A stretch of DNA of 64,000 bases from assembly GCA_051294905.1 (NCBI GenBank), contig CM119372.1:39000001-39064000 (forward strand), given 5' to 3'. The translations under genes were made by a program, and so were the position numbers. Positions 36,480 to 49,073 of this stretch are shown here, piece after piece. The DNA comes from Botryllus schlosseri. Taxonomy: Eukaryota. Under the pieces are notes generated by a model. That model saw only the letters and a list, made by a program, of their open reading frames with translations. It was not told the DNA's origin and searched no databases. Numbering within the stretch: the first letter of the stretch is position 1; each line of letters opens with the position of its first letter.

Positions 36480-38700
36480 AATATTGAACATATATCAGAC
36501 TTCAGGACCTTTGAGGATATCTAGGACCGAATTCTTGATAATTCCTTCACAGGTGGTGCCATAATCCATAATAACGCCGTCCCAAATGAGATGACAACTT
36601 CCCATGTCACAATACGTCTATGATATTCTTCAGGAACACACTACCAGAGATTTTGTGTAACAGTAGCACCCATCAATGCGTGTAATTATGCTCACGGGTG
36701 AACTCAGTTTCAGTGGGCGTCCACATCCATTCATAAATTATGAAGATGAGATTGAGATTTAGCAAGTTTTTGCTTGAGTATGCACGTAATCTTTAGAGTC
36801 ATATACAAATAGCAAGGAGATAACTTACGAACGCATATGGGAATAGAACAAGCGTTAACCATCATCTAATCAGACGCATAGTCGAAAGTAGCAAATCTGT
36901 CCGCAGCGCTTTTGTGCAATATTTCATACAATTCATAAATTCAAAAGGATCAATCAGATATCCGAAATCCAGATGAGACTTTGCTGCGCATGTAAATGTA
37001 GGGTGTAAAACCGTGTCGAATAGCACTGCTTCATTCACTTTCAAAATAGAATACCGTGACAGAAATCACTGTAAATTCGAATTACTCAACCAACACCCGC
37101 TGTTGATCAGCATTTCAACATGACATTACAGTGTGAATTCTGCAAAACTCAGTTTTACTGCCGACACATACCGCCTTGTTCGAGTATCCTCAATCCTTAA
37201 TTCAGGAAGTATTCGTCATTGTCAAGTAGCTCGATTGCAGGTTCAGCTAATGTATGGTAAAAATTCAAGTGATGATGACGCTGCGGACAAAGTGGCGTTT
37301 GCTTCAGTCAACTCGGATGCAGGAATTTCGTGAGGAATTCTCTATTAGGCATTGAGCGTTTTGAACTACATGAACTGCAACAGAGCTATCACTTAATATG
37401 TTACATATGGGTGTAGGCACCGAACTACCTCGTGAACGATCCATAAACCTGAAACAGGCGATATTTAAAAGAGTTAATCGTTCCGCAGTAGCATCCTATT
37501 GACTGCGAAGCTATTAGGTTTTCTTGCCCATCATAATGCCCATATTGCGTCTTGGCGCAGAGATTACTAGTTTTGAAGAGTGTTCTTAGCAATTGAGATT
37601 GATATATTCAGTTGATATTCGGTCAGTTCCTAATGTGCAAATAACAATGGTAAACATCGCCATGCGCTCACCAACCGTCAATGAATAAAGGAGTGAGCAT
37701 CGTGACATGATTAATCGCGGCAGTTACGCTACGCGGAATAATTACCACACGCGTAAATAGTACTCATCATTGATTGGAACCCCGGAAGCATTCGAATGGC
37801 TGCAAGTTTACCAAATAGGTGGTTGCTGTTAGTCGGTCGCGTGCCGCGACTACACGCGTTAGCCGAGCTGAATTTTGATTTTAGCAAGCAGAACCGGTGG
37901 TGCAGTCGTTTGTATGAGGTCGATAAAGCGCGTTTTCGGCAAGAATTGTTGATATAAATAGTCGGGTGACTTTCATAAACTTGGTTTGAATAAAATATAG
38001 ACGCCCAAGCGGGATTGGGTTTTAAATAACAACGTACCTGCCAAACAAGATTGCGCCCTCGACACTAATTAGTATATCGATCAGCAGGAACATGATTCTG
38101 ATTCACAGTATTGCAGCCAAGGAGATTATTTAGTGAGCAGTAGACTTATGTGTATTTCATACATTCTACGGGCATGGTTTTAATCCCTCCAGGTCCTGTC
38201 CATTAAAGTCTTCAAAAATTCTCTGAAAATAAATTCAGTTTACCTATTCTAACGCATCAGCACTCAATGTAGGTTTGTAGATAGACTGCATCCGATTTTT
38301 GTTCAGCACGTTTCACTGGCAATGTATCTTCATTTTCAAGGATTTGAAGATAGGCAAGTCATAATCATAGTTGATCGATACCCATTTACTGTCTTTCAGG
38401 TCTAATCATCGCAGCAGTCTGTTACTTATAGCCACCGTGTCAGAATTGCACATTTGGGTAATCACGGAAGTTTAAAATTATCGCTGTTTTACACCTATTC
38501 CTATCGTCCTGAACTATGTAATCGGTGACGATACGCGTATTTATCATTTCCAATGCGAATCCCACACGTGCTTCAAATATGCAGCATACGTATCATCTTT
38601 GTGATCAGAGAAATTGCAAACTAGGGATGAACTGAAGGCACTGTAACGGGTGAGAGCAATTGTAGTACCGAATTATAACACCGTACTTTGAGCTAACCGA
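36480..38700 (-). mobile_element. Possible highly decayed LTR-retrotransposon pol remnant
   Basis: Fragmentary minus-strand peptides in pol order: LDLKTVN (RT-like), DGQENLIA (RNase H-like), VPEEYHRRI..VKEY (integrase Zn region-like). Many stops. Confidence 0.3.
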
Positions 38701-39349
38701 TGTACTGCGTGTAGTGACGTGCATATATCAGGAGCAATGATCTTTTACCTGCGAGCAGAAGTCTTCGTGTAAAGCGAAATTCCTTTTCCACGCAGGCTGA
38801 GTGTAAACAACGGGACAGCAAATCCGACAATCGGTGCATGCCGGCCGCAGGGCTATTAATATGCACGAGTTCGATACCGGATATTGGCATATGGCTAAGT
38901 ATGAAGTAAATGCCTGCGTTGTTGTGGAATGTTGTGACTAATAAATGAGTACCAATGGAGGGTTGAATATATGTGATGTATACACAGTAAACGCTACATC
39001 ATTTATTCCTCGAACGACTCTCCGGTTCTGTATCTGCAGCCGTCTCAAGCTAGAAATTCGTCGCGCGTCCAGCTCTAATTTGTTATGCACTGTGCTGTCT
39101 ACATAGGTTACGCTTTCATTAGTTCACACCTTCGCGCCATCTGCATGAAAGATGTAATAAGGTTTTGACCAAGATGGTAAATATCGTGGATACGATGGCA
39201 GATCATCAATTTTTCTAGCAGATGATCCAAGTCACATAATTTACAACCATATGACGCGTAACAATATCGTCTTCCGAGCTGCTGTGTCGAGACCTATGTC
39301 TGGACAAATTTCAGTGCCTGAGTGATTCGATTCTGAATAGCGTGTTACC

Positions 39350-39753
39350 TAGGGTTACTATATTTTGCAAATCTGAAAAGAGGACACTTTTTCAAAATTT
39401 TCATACTTATTATACTGGAGTAAAATCCGGAGAAAAGGTAAATTTCTCCCGACTTTGTGGATGGTTGACTAAAAAAGGTAATTTTTCCCGACTCGGCACC
39501 TGAAATTCACACGTGTGTTGAATTCTCCGTTGGTTGACTAAAAATAAGGCTCAGCTTCCGAAATCGCCGACGGAGCCTTAATTCAGTGCTGATTTACTGA
39601 ATCTCAGACGAATTTTACCCTATATTCAACCAAAACTTTCAAAAAAGAGGACAAAGTCTCAAAAAAGAGGACATTTGGGCGTCCTCCGAGGACACTTGAA
39701 AAATGTCAGAAAAGAGGACAAATCCTCTTGAAAGAGGGCGTATAGTAACCCTA
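39350..39753. mobile_element. hAT (Blackjack-like) MITE
   Basis: TIR TAGGGTTACTATA / TATAGTAACCCTA; repeated GAGGACA motifs; imperfect TSD GTGTTACC/GTGTGAGC. Related remnant at ~3385-3740. Confidence 0.75.
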
Positions 39754-40669
39754 GTGTGAGCATTCGAGTCGAGTATTAGTTATAATGACGTCATAACCGT
39801 ATTGATTAATTTCAAATATGTGCTTTTTTTGCTACCACAATGAATATAATGACAGTTTTAAATGAGCGTTAGTCATAATTTGGTGTTTTTTTTCGACCAC
39901 GTCTGCGTTCTTGCGCTTCGGGACATGATGTGGGTTGATCAAGACTTCAGAGAAATGAGAAATGTCATTTCCGCTTGCGTGCGTAGCTTCGTATTACATG
40001 CTTTGGATGCTGTGATACGACTAATCGAAGTTTCAAGACTTCGGCAGTGGAAAATAATATCGAAACGATAATTCTGCTTCATAAATTAGCTCTTAGTAGC
40101 AATGAGCGTATGATATCAGCACTCGAAAGAATCTTACCTCACTACTCGACACGAATCATTAAAATTTTTACTCGATTTCGATCGTAGCACTCCCCTCATT
40201 CAGCCCAGCCCTAGTCGAGACCTATACATCAAGATACTGGTGTCTTGATGTTTAGTGTAGCTGTCCTCAATTATTTTCATCAACAATACGAAGCTTACGT
40301 TTGACACACTGCTTTTTCATTACCTCGCTATCTTGAACGCATCGCTATTATGACTCTTCCAGTTTTTGACCCTCGCTGCTTTAACAGTCGCTAATTTGTC
40401 CGTGTACCATTAATAACACGTGACGGATGACCGTTCTCACCTTACTCCAACCTTGATCAGAGTTCATAAGTGTACAATGGATCCCGATATCCCACCCTAT
40501 AACATTACTGTAGGAGTCTATATTAAAATGGTTTACTTGATATCAACAACCGTAAAAATATCAATAGATGTAAAGCGCGGGTGCATATTAGTCCAGATGA
40601 ATTTCCTGCTTCGGGTTCAAAATGGTTGGCGTCCGCGCTAAAAACAGGTTGTTCGATGTATGAGCAATG

Positions 40670-40960
40670 AGCATGCGACACAATGGAAAACGACACTTCA
40701 GCATGGGACACTTCAGCATGCGTCACTTCCGTATGCGACTTTATAAGCCCAAAACTTACCCTAACCTGAAACATAGCCCTGCATTACCCCGTATATATAT
40801 CCTAATCCCAAGCCTAACGATAACCCAACCATAAATCCATCAGTAACCCATCCCTAACGCACTCCTAACCCGTCATTTAATCCACATGCTTACGTGTCGT
40901 ATGTCAAATTGAGGCATGCCAAGGCGTCGCATGCTATAATGTCGCATACGACATATGTAC
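40670..40960. repeat. MITE-like element with inverted CGACAC/GTCGCAT subrepeats and a central CCCTAA-like tract
   Basis: Pattern seen directly; degenerate. Confidence 0.5.
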
Positions 40961-42138
40961 ACGGACCTAAAAAATGTTCGAGAACCCATGGTTTATAATC
41001 GCTGTTGTGTTTATATTAAAATATTGAATTTTGTAAATCTAACTGATGACGTTTGCAATTATCTGCTTCATCTATTTATGGAAAATCGACATTGCAGCAT
41101 CATTACCCCGATGAGAACTAGGTGGGCTAGCATTTTAGTTTTGAATATCTGTCCACAGTACTGGCTCATGTCATTTCTATTCCGTAATGCTAAGCTAGAA
41201 ACGTCGAGATATCGTCGTTATGAGTAAAGATTCTAGATATCGATTTAATCGGTATCGACGCAATATCGTTCGGGCTCTAATCCAGACACTGATGTTTCGT
41301 TATTTATATATTCCTCATAGCCCTACACTATCGGCCGTGTCCTGGGAATTCGCTATTTCTAGAGATACTATTTGTTTGGATCAATAAATGCTATTTATTA
41401 GATCGTCAAAGGTATATCAACAGGAAGTGGCGTAATAATGCTAATGAGGTCCACAAAACCGGCACACAAGCCTTGACATTGCCAGTCGCCATCCATAAAT
41501 CGGATCCAATACATAGCAATTGGAATATGCGTGTGCTAATATGAAATTAGTATCGCCATTAGGCATGAAATAGCATCATCTCTATAATTACGGCTATTCA
41601 TAACACATATTTACTGGTGATTGATGATCCATATCCGTGCGTTGTCCTGCAAGTAAGCGCCTACCGGAAGAGGTAGTCGCGACCCCTGGATTATAGAAAT
41701 ACTGCGCAATGAATGAAGGACGAAGGTGCTTCATCGAATATTCTCATCTCCTATCAATCGCTAGACAGATTACGAGCTCCAAGCAGCGGTATACGCGCGG
41801 AGATGTGGATTTATTCTCGACGCAATCATTGTTTATTGCACAGATCGATTTATCGAGCTGCAGTCTTTGATTTGGCGACTCCCTTCAGCTATATATTTCT
41901 CGTTAAGCGGGTGGAGAATGAGAGAGGAGCCTATGTAACCGTGGGAAGCCAGATTTGAGTTTTCGCTTCGAGGTGAAGAGGCAGACTTGTGCAAACTACC
42001 AATCTAGTTATTTGATGGTCAACTAACTACTGTTTTTGTGAGTAGTAGCAGTTATAGCTCCAGTGGCGACTTTTGAAAAGTGAGTAGTTCTAGTTTTGGT
42101 TACACATTTAAAACATATTCAGCTGCCTACCAACTAGA

Positions 42139-42612
42139 ACGGGGCGGGCAACAGACGGCCGCGGGCTGGATCCGGCCCGCCACGGGATTTCAAGCGCTTC
42201 GCAGACGACACTTTCTGGTCATACATGATAATGTAGCCCGCGGGTCCACATACATTTGCGAGCAAACATTTTCGACCATGAACATTAACGTGACAATGCT
42301 GATATTCACGTACAGTCTTTACTAAGGATTTCTACGTCCGACATGCAGCCAGAGTACAATGAACTTTTTGAAAACTTTGATCGGCCACAGATGTCTCGTT
42401 GACTTCAACAGCCATTGAAGTACATTAGGTTATTAAATCCATCGGATAATGTTTTTGTCTCCATGAACTGAATTTTAGGTTTACAATAAATGGACTTATT
42501 CATTATATTGGTGGATAAATTCGCTATTAATGTACTGATTCAGGAATCAGGCCCGCCAAGTACTTCAGTTTCCCATATCCGACCTGCCGACTGAAGAAGT
42601 TGCCCGTCCCGC
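42139..42612 (+). mobile_element. hAT deletion derivative with dimerisation-domain remnant
   Basis: GGGGCGGGCAAC...GTTGCCCGTCCC ends; encodes GSTYICEQTFSTMN. Confidence 0.7.
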
Positions 42613-43149
42613 CCCTCTAGATAAGGCCTTCGTGCCTTGGATGCTGCAGCGATCACAGGCTAATGTGATTGTTTGGAGTATATACGCGATTTCATACCAT
42701 GAATAGCTTCTTGGAGGTGCAGAACTTCAATAGACTATTGACTAGCATATATTCATATTAGAATGAACCCGAACATTTTCGGCTGGCACTTTTCAGGGGT
42801 AATCGTCAGCAACTAGTAGAGAATTGGAAAAACTTGTATAGGAATAATCGTATTACAAAATTTGACCTCATCGGCATGAAATTTCGAATAATCGGGGCGG
42901 AGAGAGCGCGCTCAATGCACTATTTTAGATGGCACACAAACTCCTTCTGTAGGCACGGGCTTGGTTGTCGTATTTTGATAGAAGTCGAATGAATACCAAA
43001 ACAAAACAAACACTATGGATTGTAAACGAACAGTTGAGACAATACTTATATGGCACATCCGGCCAGTTCATATCGATTCTACGTGGGTCCTCTGCATCAT
43101 AGCCAGGGCCCAAAAGGACCGGGATGTGTGTCCAACTAATCACTGCTCA

Positions 43150-43725
43150 AAAGATTCGGAGTCGTGAACTTGAAATATATGCGGAAACTAGAAACTGCCA
43201 AGTTTATGAATCAGTTCCGCTGCGGCCACTGCCCCGATAGCTTCTATAACTTCTTTACCTCGGTATCAGAAGTGCATAAGTTCGACACACGCGCTTCCAC
43301 GTCGTCCAACTACCATATAGACGAAAAAGTAGATCATAGCTCCATCATATATGCCGGAGTTGATTTGTGGAACAGTATCCCGCCGGATATCCGACACTGA
43401 TCGAGTAAGTCCACATTAAAGTCGAAATACAAACAATTTTTACTGAATAAATACTAAGTTGATCCTCTGGTTTTATCGGACCACGACCCGACATCGATCT
43501 CTCCTGCCGACGCATGACACCTTTTTATGCTGCTTGTAGGTTTATATTATCTTTTACTTTTCATCCAGTGTACATGCCTCCTTTTTACATCGCCTAGGCT
43601 AGGTGGGTGTCTGATTTCGAAGACTACTCCTAGTCGTTTCGACACTTTCCAATCTTTCCTTATACCACAGTCTTGTGGTGTATTGAAATGATTAAAATTG
43701 TAGCAATAAATCGAATTGAATTGAG
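43150..43725 (+). mobile_element. 5'-truncated CR1/L2-group LINE 3' end
   Basis: KLETAKFM..FF..VSEVHKFDTR..SIIYAGVDLWNSIP, typical of the ORF2 C-terminus; AATAAA followed by a GAATT-repeat tail. Confidence 0.75.
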
Positions 43726-44449
43726 TATGGACCACCATAAGGGACACCAACATATCATCTAAAAGTGCATTCGTCGATTATATATTTAGCAGCTTTTTTC
43801 CGATTTATACATATTCAGAGTCGTGTCCCTGTCGTGTTATCACTTGTAGCTTACTTGTGGAGGTTCACTGCCGATAAAAACAAGACAGTCAGCATCGACA
43901 TGGAACGTCGTCTACAATATAGCCTACAGATTCTATACAGCGATATGAAATGTGAAGTGTTTAGTAGAGGTATTCTAAGCTACATATAATGGGTAAAAAT
44001 CAACGCTAAGCCCTGACCAGGTATTGATTTTTGTTAATCCCATATCCTACACAAACTTTCTGCGCTGAATATTTGCTGTATCTTATATTTGCCGAGGATG
44101 GCAGGTTTTTACATCAGTTTGAAGAACGTGCGCAAAGTTTACTATTGACATTGCAGCTAGACTATCTAAGATCAACAAATCCCATCGTACGTCACGGATC
44201 TATTTTAATAGTTTCTTGGTAGATGTGGCGTAGAGAATAGGCAGGTTGACGTACGATTTTGATGGTTGTTACTCATACCTATTTCAAGGTAGACGAAAAG
44301 ATTGCAAGCTAAATGGATACATGCAGCTGCTTACGGGCAAGCACGGAAAACAAATATTTAGCAGTAATTGCGATTCACCGGGGCGAAATTCGATTCAATT
44401 CCGATGAGTCATGGTATAATCTCATTGCTGAAGTGATATAAACAGAATT

Positions 44450-44539
44450 ATGGATATATTACCGAGAATGGTGGTGATTTCTGACGCAGAGCGCAGGATG
44501 AGATGCAAATACCACGCCGAATACTCGGCAGTCCACCAA
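44450..44539 (+). CDS. Tentative annexin-2 first coding exon (MDILPRMVVISDAERRMRCKYHAEYSAVHQ)
   Basis: CAG 5 nt before ATG, open 30 codons, donor GTAACT in phase 0. No homology support. Confidence 0.35.
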
Positions 44540-44585
44540 GTAACTCACGCTGCTGGATCGATTTTTATTTTTGTAAAACTGTAGT

Positions 44586-45192
44586 CACTGAGGCATACCA
44601 ACCTTTTTGCCTAAAGGGCCACATGCAATTGACGAACCAATCCGCGGGCCACTAGCCGCGAGAGGCGCGAAGTCTCAAAAGTTCTTAGGTCTATGACAGG
44701 TCAATGATAGTGTTGCTTGAGTATATTGCGGGTTTGCTGTGTATCACTAGGCTCAGTTTGCAAGGACAGGACATATCGAAATCGAAGGCTTCGGCCAACA
44801 ATCGTCAATAATTTTGTGCCTAGGTTTGTTAGTTAACGGTCTTTCCGCGAGCGCAAACGCAAAATCGCATTGCATGTTGGCCGACGCTTTCTCTCGTAAT
44901 TGCGAATATAGTTGGACTCAATCTGGTACATTATGCGTTTTCATTTTCAGGATGGAGTAACGATATTAAAAGCAAGAAATCGAGTGACAACATATTACAC
45001 GATTCGTGAAGAAAATTTTTACTCTAAATATTCTACTGTTTGTTGCTAGTTGCGGCCAGATTAATTAAATTTTCGGTTGACCTTGCGAGTTCACAATCTG
45101 GGCAATCAATTTCTGATAATATAACTATATTCGAAATTCACCTCGCGGGCCACTCAAAACATTCTCGTGGGCCACGGGCTGGCCGCCCCTGC
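44586..45192. mobile_element. hAT-type MITE (AAAGGGCCACATGC family; copy at 49199-49880)
   Basis: Colinear similarity between the two copies over ~600 bp. Confidence 0.7.
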
Positions 45193-45549
45193 ACTATGGA
45201 TATCTCGACTGCTAGACATTAACGCCGAACTGTCAATATATTCACGGTTTTACCCAGAAATATATTAGGGACTAATATATTCTATTCGGGTATACATTTG
45301 GATATATAGGGCGCAAATCATTAAAAATACGCATACTGGCACAATTGCAGCTTACTAGATTCTGCTTATTTTGTTACAATTCGAACTTCTGATCTCGTGC
45401 ATATGACCAAAATGCCAACACTCGCTACTAAATATTTTAGCGGAGCATATTTGTTTGTGAAAACGAAATAGATAATGAAATATGAAACCAATGAGCTTTT
45501 ATCGCGGCCGCCGAGACCCTAAATCAAATACATCGAGATTAAATTGACC

Positions 45550-46500
45550 ACCAGCTTCCGTGCAAGAATTTTTTCGCTTTTGTATGTGAAATATAAATCA
45601 ATATATCCCAGCGCCTCAGGTGCATTTCGACACGATGACGCAGTACAATAGGCCTACTTGATTTACATGCCACATAAAATCTCCATCTGCATTCTGTTGA
45701 GCATTGCAGTAGGAATCCAAGTATCAGTACGAGACAAGTGCGATGTTCGAATTTTTCAAGGCATTTCTCATTGTTTTGACAGTGTACGATTAGCGTAATC
45801 GCCTCCGTGCAAGCGAGGCTATCATGTCGTGCGCAGGGCAGATTACTTTGGACAATACCATTTGCGACGGAGCTGAGTTCGATGTCGAAAAGGATGTGCG
45901 AGTCTTCGTGGAGAATTTGAAACATATTGGTAGGAATTCTTGGATACCTCACTACCGTCAATACGGAGCAGTTTAAGTAGTCAAAGTAATCTTCACTTAT
46001 ACGGTAATTTCGATCTCACTGGTAATAACTTAGTACTAATTGGTGCGTTTCTGGAGTTGAAGCATAGATCATGTCAGATTTACAGTTTTATTAGATACGG
46101 CAATAATTCCGTTCAACTGTTACGGTCGCTTGTTTACGAAATCGGTTTTGTTTCACATTTTAATAGATTTTGGTGTGAATTAATTTTGAACTTTATACAT
46201 TTAATTGATACCCTAATGAAGGATACGCATAGAGGGGAAACTGAGAACCTCACGGATTGAAACAGTGTTAATAAATATTTACCGTTACGACACCTAGGCG
46301 AGGGACCATAGCTATGTATTGTTGTCAACTTTCTCATGGTTTACCCCAACTCCGATTGATGTAGTAAGTATATCGTGTGCTTTCACTTGATCCCCCGTGT
46401 CGACTGGAACTCGGTTTTCGGTAAACCAGTCCCTGAATGGCTGCAATAGTGCCTGTAATATATACCCAGATGAATAATTCGTAATTCCATGCCTCTTTCG
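45550..46500 (-). mobile_element. Decayed LINE RT 3' region
   Basis: Minus-strand fragments such as LQPFRDWFTENR resemble the post-YADD region of CR1/L2 RT. Confidence 0.35.
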
Positions 46501-48524
46501 TGCCCGCCGCAAATATTGGGGTTTATTTAAAATTGGAAATATTATTCAATTGTAGTCGGAATTGTCATGTAACAGTTGAAATCAAATGTAGTGTACCATT
46601 CCTAGAGTCCCATAGAGCAGATCAAATGTTGTTGTATCAATCTGTAAACTTAAACTCGGTCAGCGTATTTTGTTGTTTACCTTGCTGTCAACGGTTGACG
46701 TATTACTGATTGCCCAGATACATGCAGTACTGCATATTCAAGGATATTTCGATAATCTGTAGTCAACTTGACCGGTTACCGGTTTAAGTCGTGTGATTTC
46801 TCTGGTATTAAAATTGAAACATACGGATAATAGTGAGTGATCCGACTTTGGAGGCAGCGCTCTCATCAATCGTATTAATAAGATATAATTTGCCTTTCGG
46901 CTTCAACGCTTCTCCCGTGCCAGAGAACATATCTTTACATTTGATTGTTTAACCTGACTGACCCAGCAAAGCTTTATCAATGCGTTCAATTTCAACTTGA
47001 CGATTCAGGCGTAGGTACAACTTCGAATATCGAAAGAATTCGAGTTACGACGCTGTCTTGTTACGCATATTCACACGAATCAGTAGCTATAGTCCACATG
47101 CTATAACAATCACATGTCATATAACTTCCATGATCGATTTCCTGTCTGTTGCTAGTGACTTCCGAGACATGTGAAAACTGCATCGAATCGAAGTAGATAA
47201 TGAGACGTGTGAAAGTAGCCTACTCAAAATAGTTACAGAAAGTAAGTTGAGTCGAGACCTCGCATAATTTTAATGGTCGGTCAGAGATGGCTACGTTCTT
47301 TATTAAAATATGCAATATGGAAATAATAATTGTTTAAAACGGATTACTGGGATGCAATACAAAATCTGAATAGTGAAAATGAAAAATTCGAAATTGAAGT
47401 AAAAGTTCATAAAACTATTAATTCGAAGCGACAATGGTCGAAATATATTAATATCTGAGCCAGCATAAGCCTTTGAGCCAGTGATTTTCAAACTTCTTTG
47501 ACTTGGTACACACAAGAAAAATTATAAAATATTCGCGGCACACTTATAGGAAAGTGCGATGGCCAAGGTTATTTATATGACCATATCTGTACGACTGAAA
47601 AAAGGTTGCTTTATTGGCAAACATCCCCGCATTTCGTCGCAAATTACAAGCAATCTCTCATTTACAACTTTTTATTTCAGTCAAAACAAAAAACTATGTT
47701 AGCATAGCCATGTAGTTGCACAATGCACATCGCAATAAAATTAGGACTGTTTTAGCACCCATGGTATAGATATGATTTGGAAGGAGACTGCCATAACCCA
47801 TCCATTTTGTTTCGTAAATCAATGAGCTATTCTTCTGCAAAAAATCGCCCGATTCACGGCTTCCAGGCGGACTAACAAACCATATAACGTTCTGAACAAC
47901 AAATCATTAGGAGTATTATTACATTGCAATTTAAATACCAAAAGTGTGCTCACGTTAAGATGAGTCGTTTATTCTATATGAATTGAACCCTTAGTAGCGT
48001 GAAACGAAAGACTTTTTTCGAAATGTAGCAGCCCGATTATCATGTGACAATTATCCAACTATCGACCACGCTATATGATTGTGCCTGTTATAATGGTCAC
48101 ACGGGCTTATCCATCATCCGTGAGGCTGTTGACCGCTTTCAAGTCGCATATGCTAGCCTCATGTTTTTAATTGAAGTTTTTTTCGCAAATGCAAAAAGAT
48201 TCGCGGCACACCTGAGAACGGTGGCGTCGCGCTAATGTGCTGCGGCACACAGTTTGGGAATCGCCGCGATAAGCCCTAATCCGACAATGAGACCTTGCTG
48301 ACCGTATAATACTTGTCATGAGATTCACTGAATACGCGACGCCTTGATGACAATATGTTATAATTGTTGCTGTGCCAATTTCCAGTCAGTAGGTACCCGA
48401 ATTATGCTGTTATAAGGTACGTCGTTTCACATCACCACCTAGAATTTTTCTTCTGTCCTTAGTAATTCATACCGTTTGAATAGCTGGATATAAGCCGGCG
48501 AAGTCAGTGTTATGCGATTGTTAG

Positions 48525-48627
48525 AATTTCCACTGGCACGTCCGACCCTGGCTGCTAGGTATAGTGTTGAAGAACAGTGATCTTCTGGAGATACAAGCAG
48601 GCGACTTGTGTTCGGTGCTTTTCCCAG
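48525..48627 (+). CDS. Tentative annexin-2 exon (NFHWHVRPWLLGIVLKNSDLLEIQAGDLCSVLFPG)
   Basis: Phase 0 in, phase 1 out as required. GIV..QAGDL aligns loosely with GTV..DAxxL. Weak donor GTTCAA. Confidence 0.45.
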
Positions 48628-48744
48628 GTTCAAAGGAATATAGTATCTGGTCTTATTCCAATGGGTCCGTGTGCTTCGTGCATGTCGACTATGTCGCAGC
48701 TATGTCGACCATGTCGGCTGTGACGCAACTATGTCGACTATGGT

Positions 48745-48915
48745 CGGGTTGGGGAAGGGGATATTAGGGTTGCGGGGGCAAGGGTATTAGGGATGGGGGA
48801 GGGGGATATTGGGGTTGGGGCGAGGGGTGTTAGGGTTGGGGGAGAGGGATATTAGGGTTCGGGCGGGGATATTGGGGTTAGGGAGGGGACATTAGTTTAT
48901 TAAGGTGGGCTAAGG
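48745..48915 (+). repeat. Degenerate G-rich telomere-like tract (GGGATATTAGGGTT)
   Basis: Seen directly. Confidence 0.8.
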
Positions 48916-48978
48916 AAAGAACCACTGTGATGGAAGTCTGAAAATCATGCATCTCACACGGGACATTTTCTGTATCAG

Positions 48979-49073
48979 GTGGCGACAACAGGGCGATCAT
49001 AGAGGTTGTGGCGTCCCGGACGAGATCTCAACGGCTGGAGATTGCGAGAAAGTACAAAGAGAGACAAGGAAGA
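48979..49073 (+). CDS. Annexin-2 exon (GDNRAIIEVVASRTRSQRLEIARKYKERQGR)
   Basis: CAG/GTAAGC splice sites; repeat 1. Confidence 0.9.

Noticed and set aside
38690..38895. Possible minus-strand exon of a third gene
   Set aside because: Open frames with AG/GT but no recognisable product or partner exons; adjacent to decayed retroelement sequence.
47156..47241. Candidate annexin-2 5' exon ending at GTAAGT
   Set aside because: In-frame stop in the required frame and no annexin similarity.
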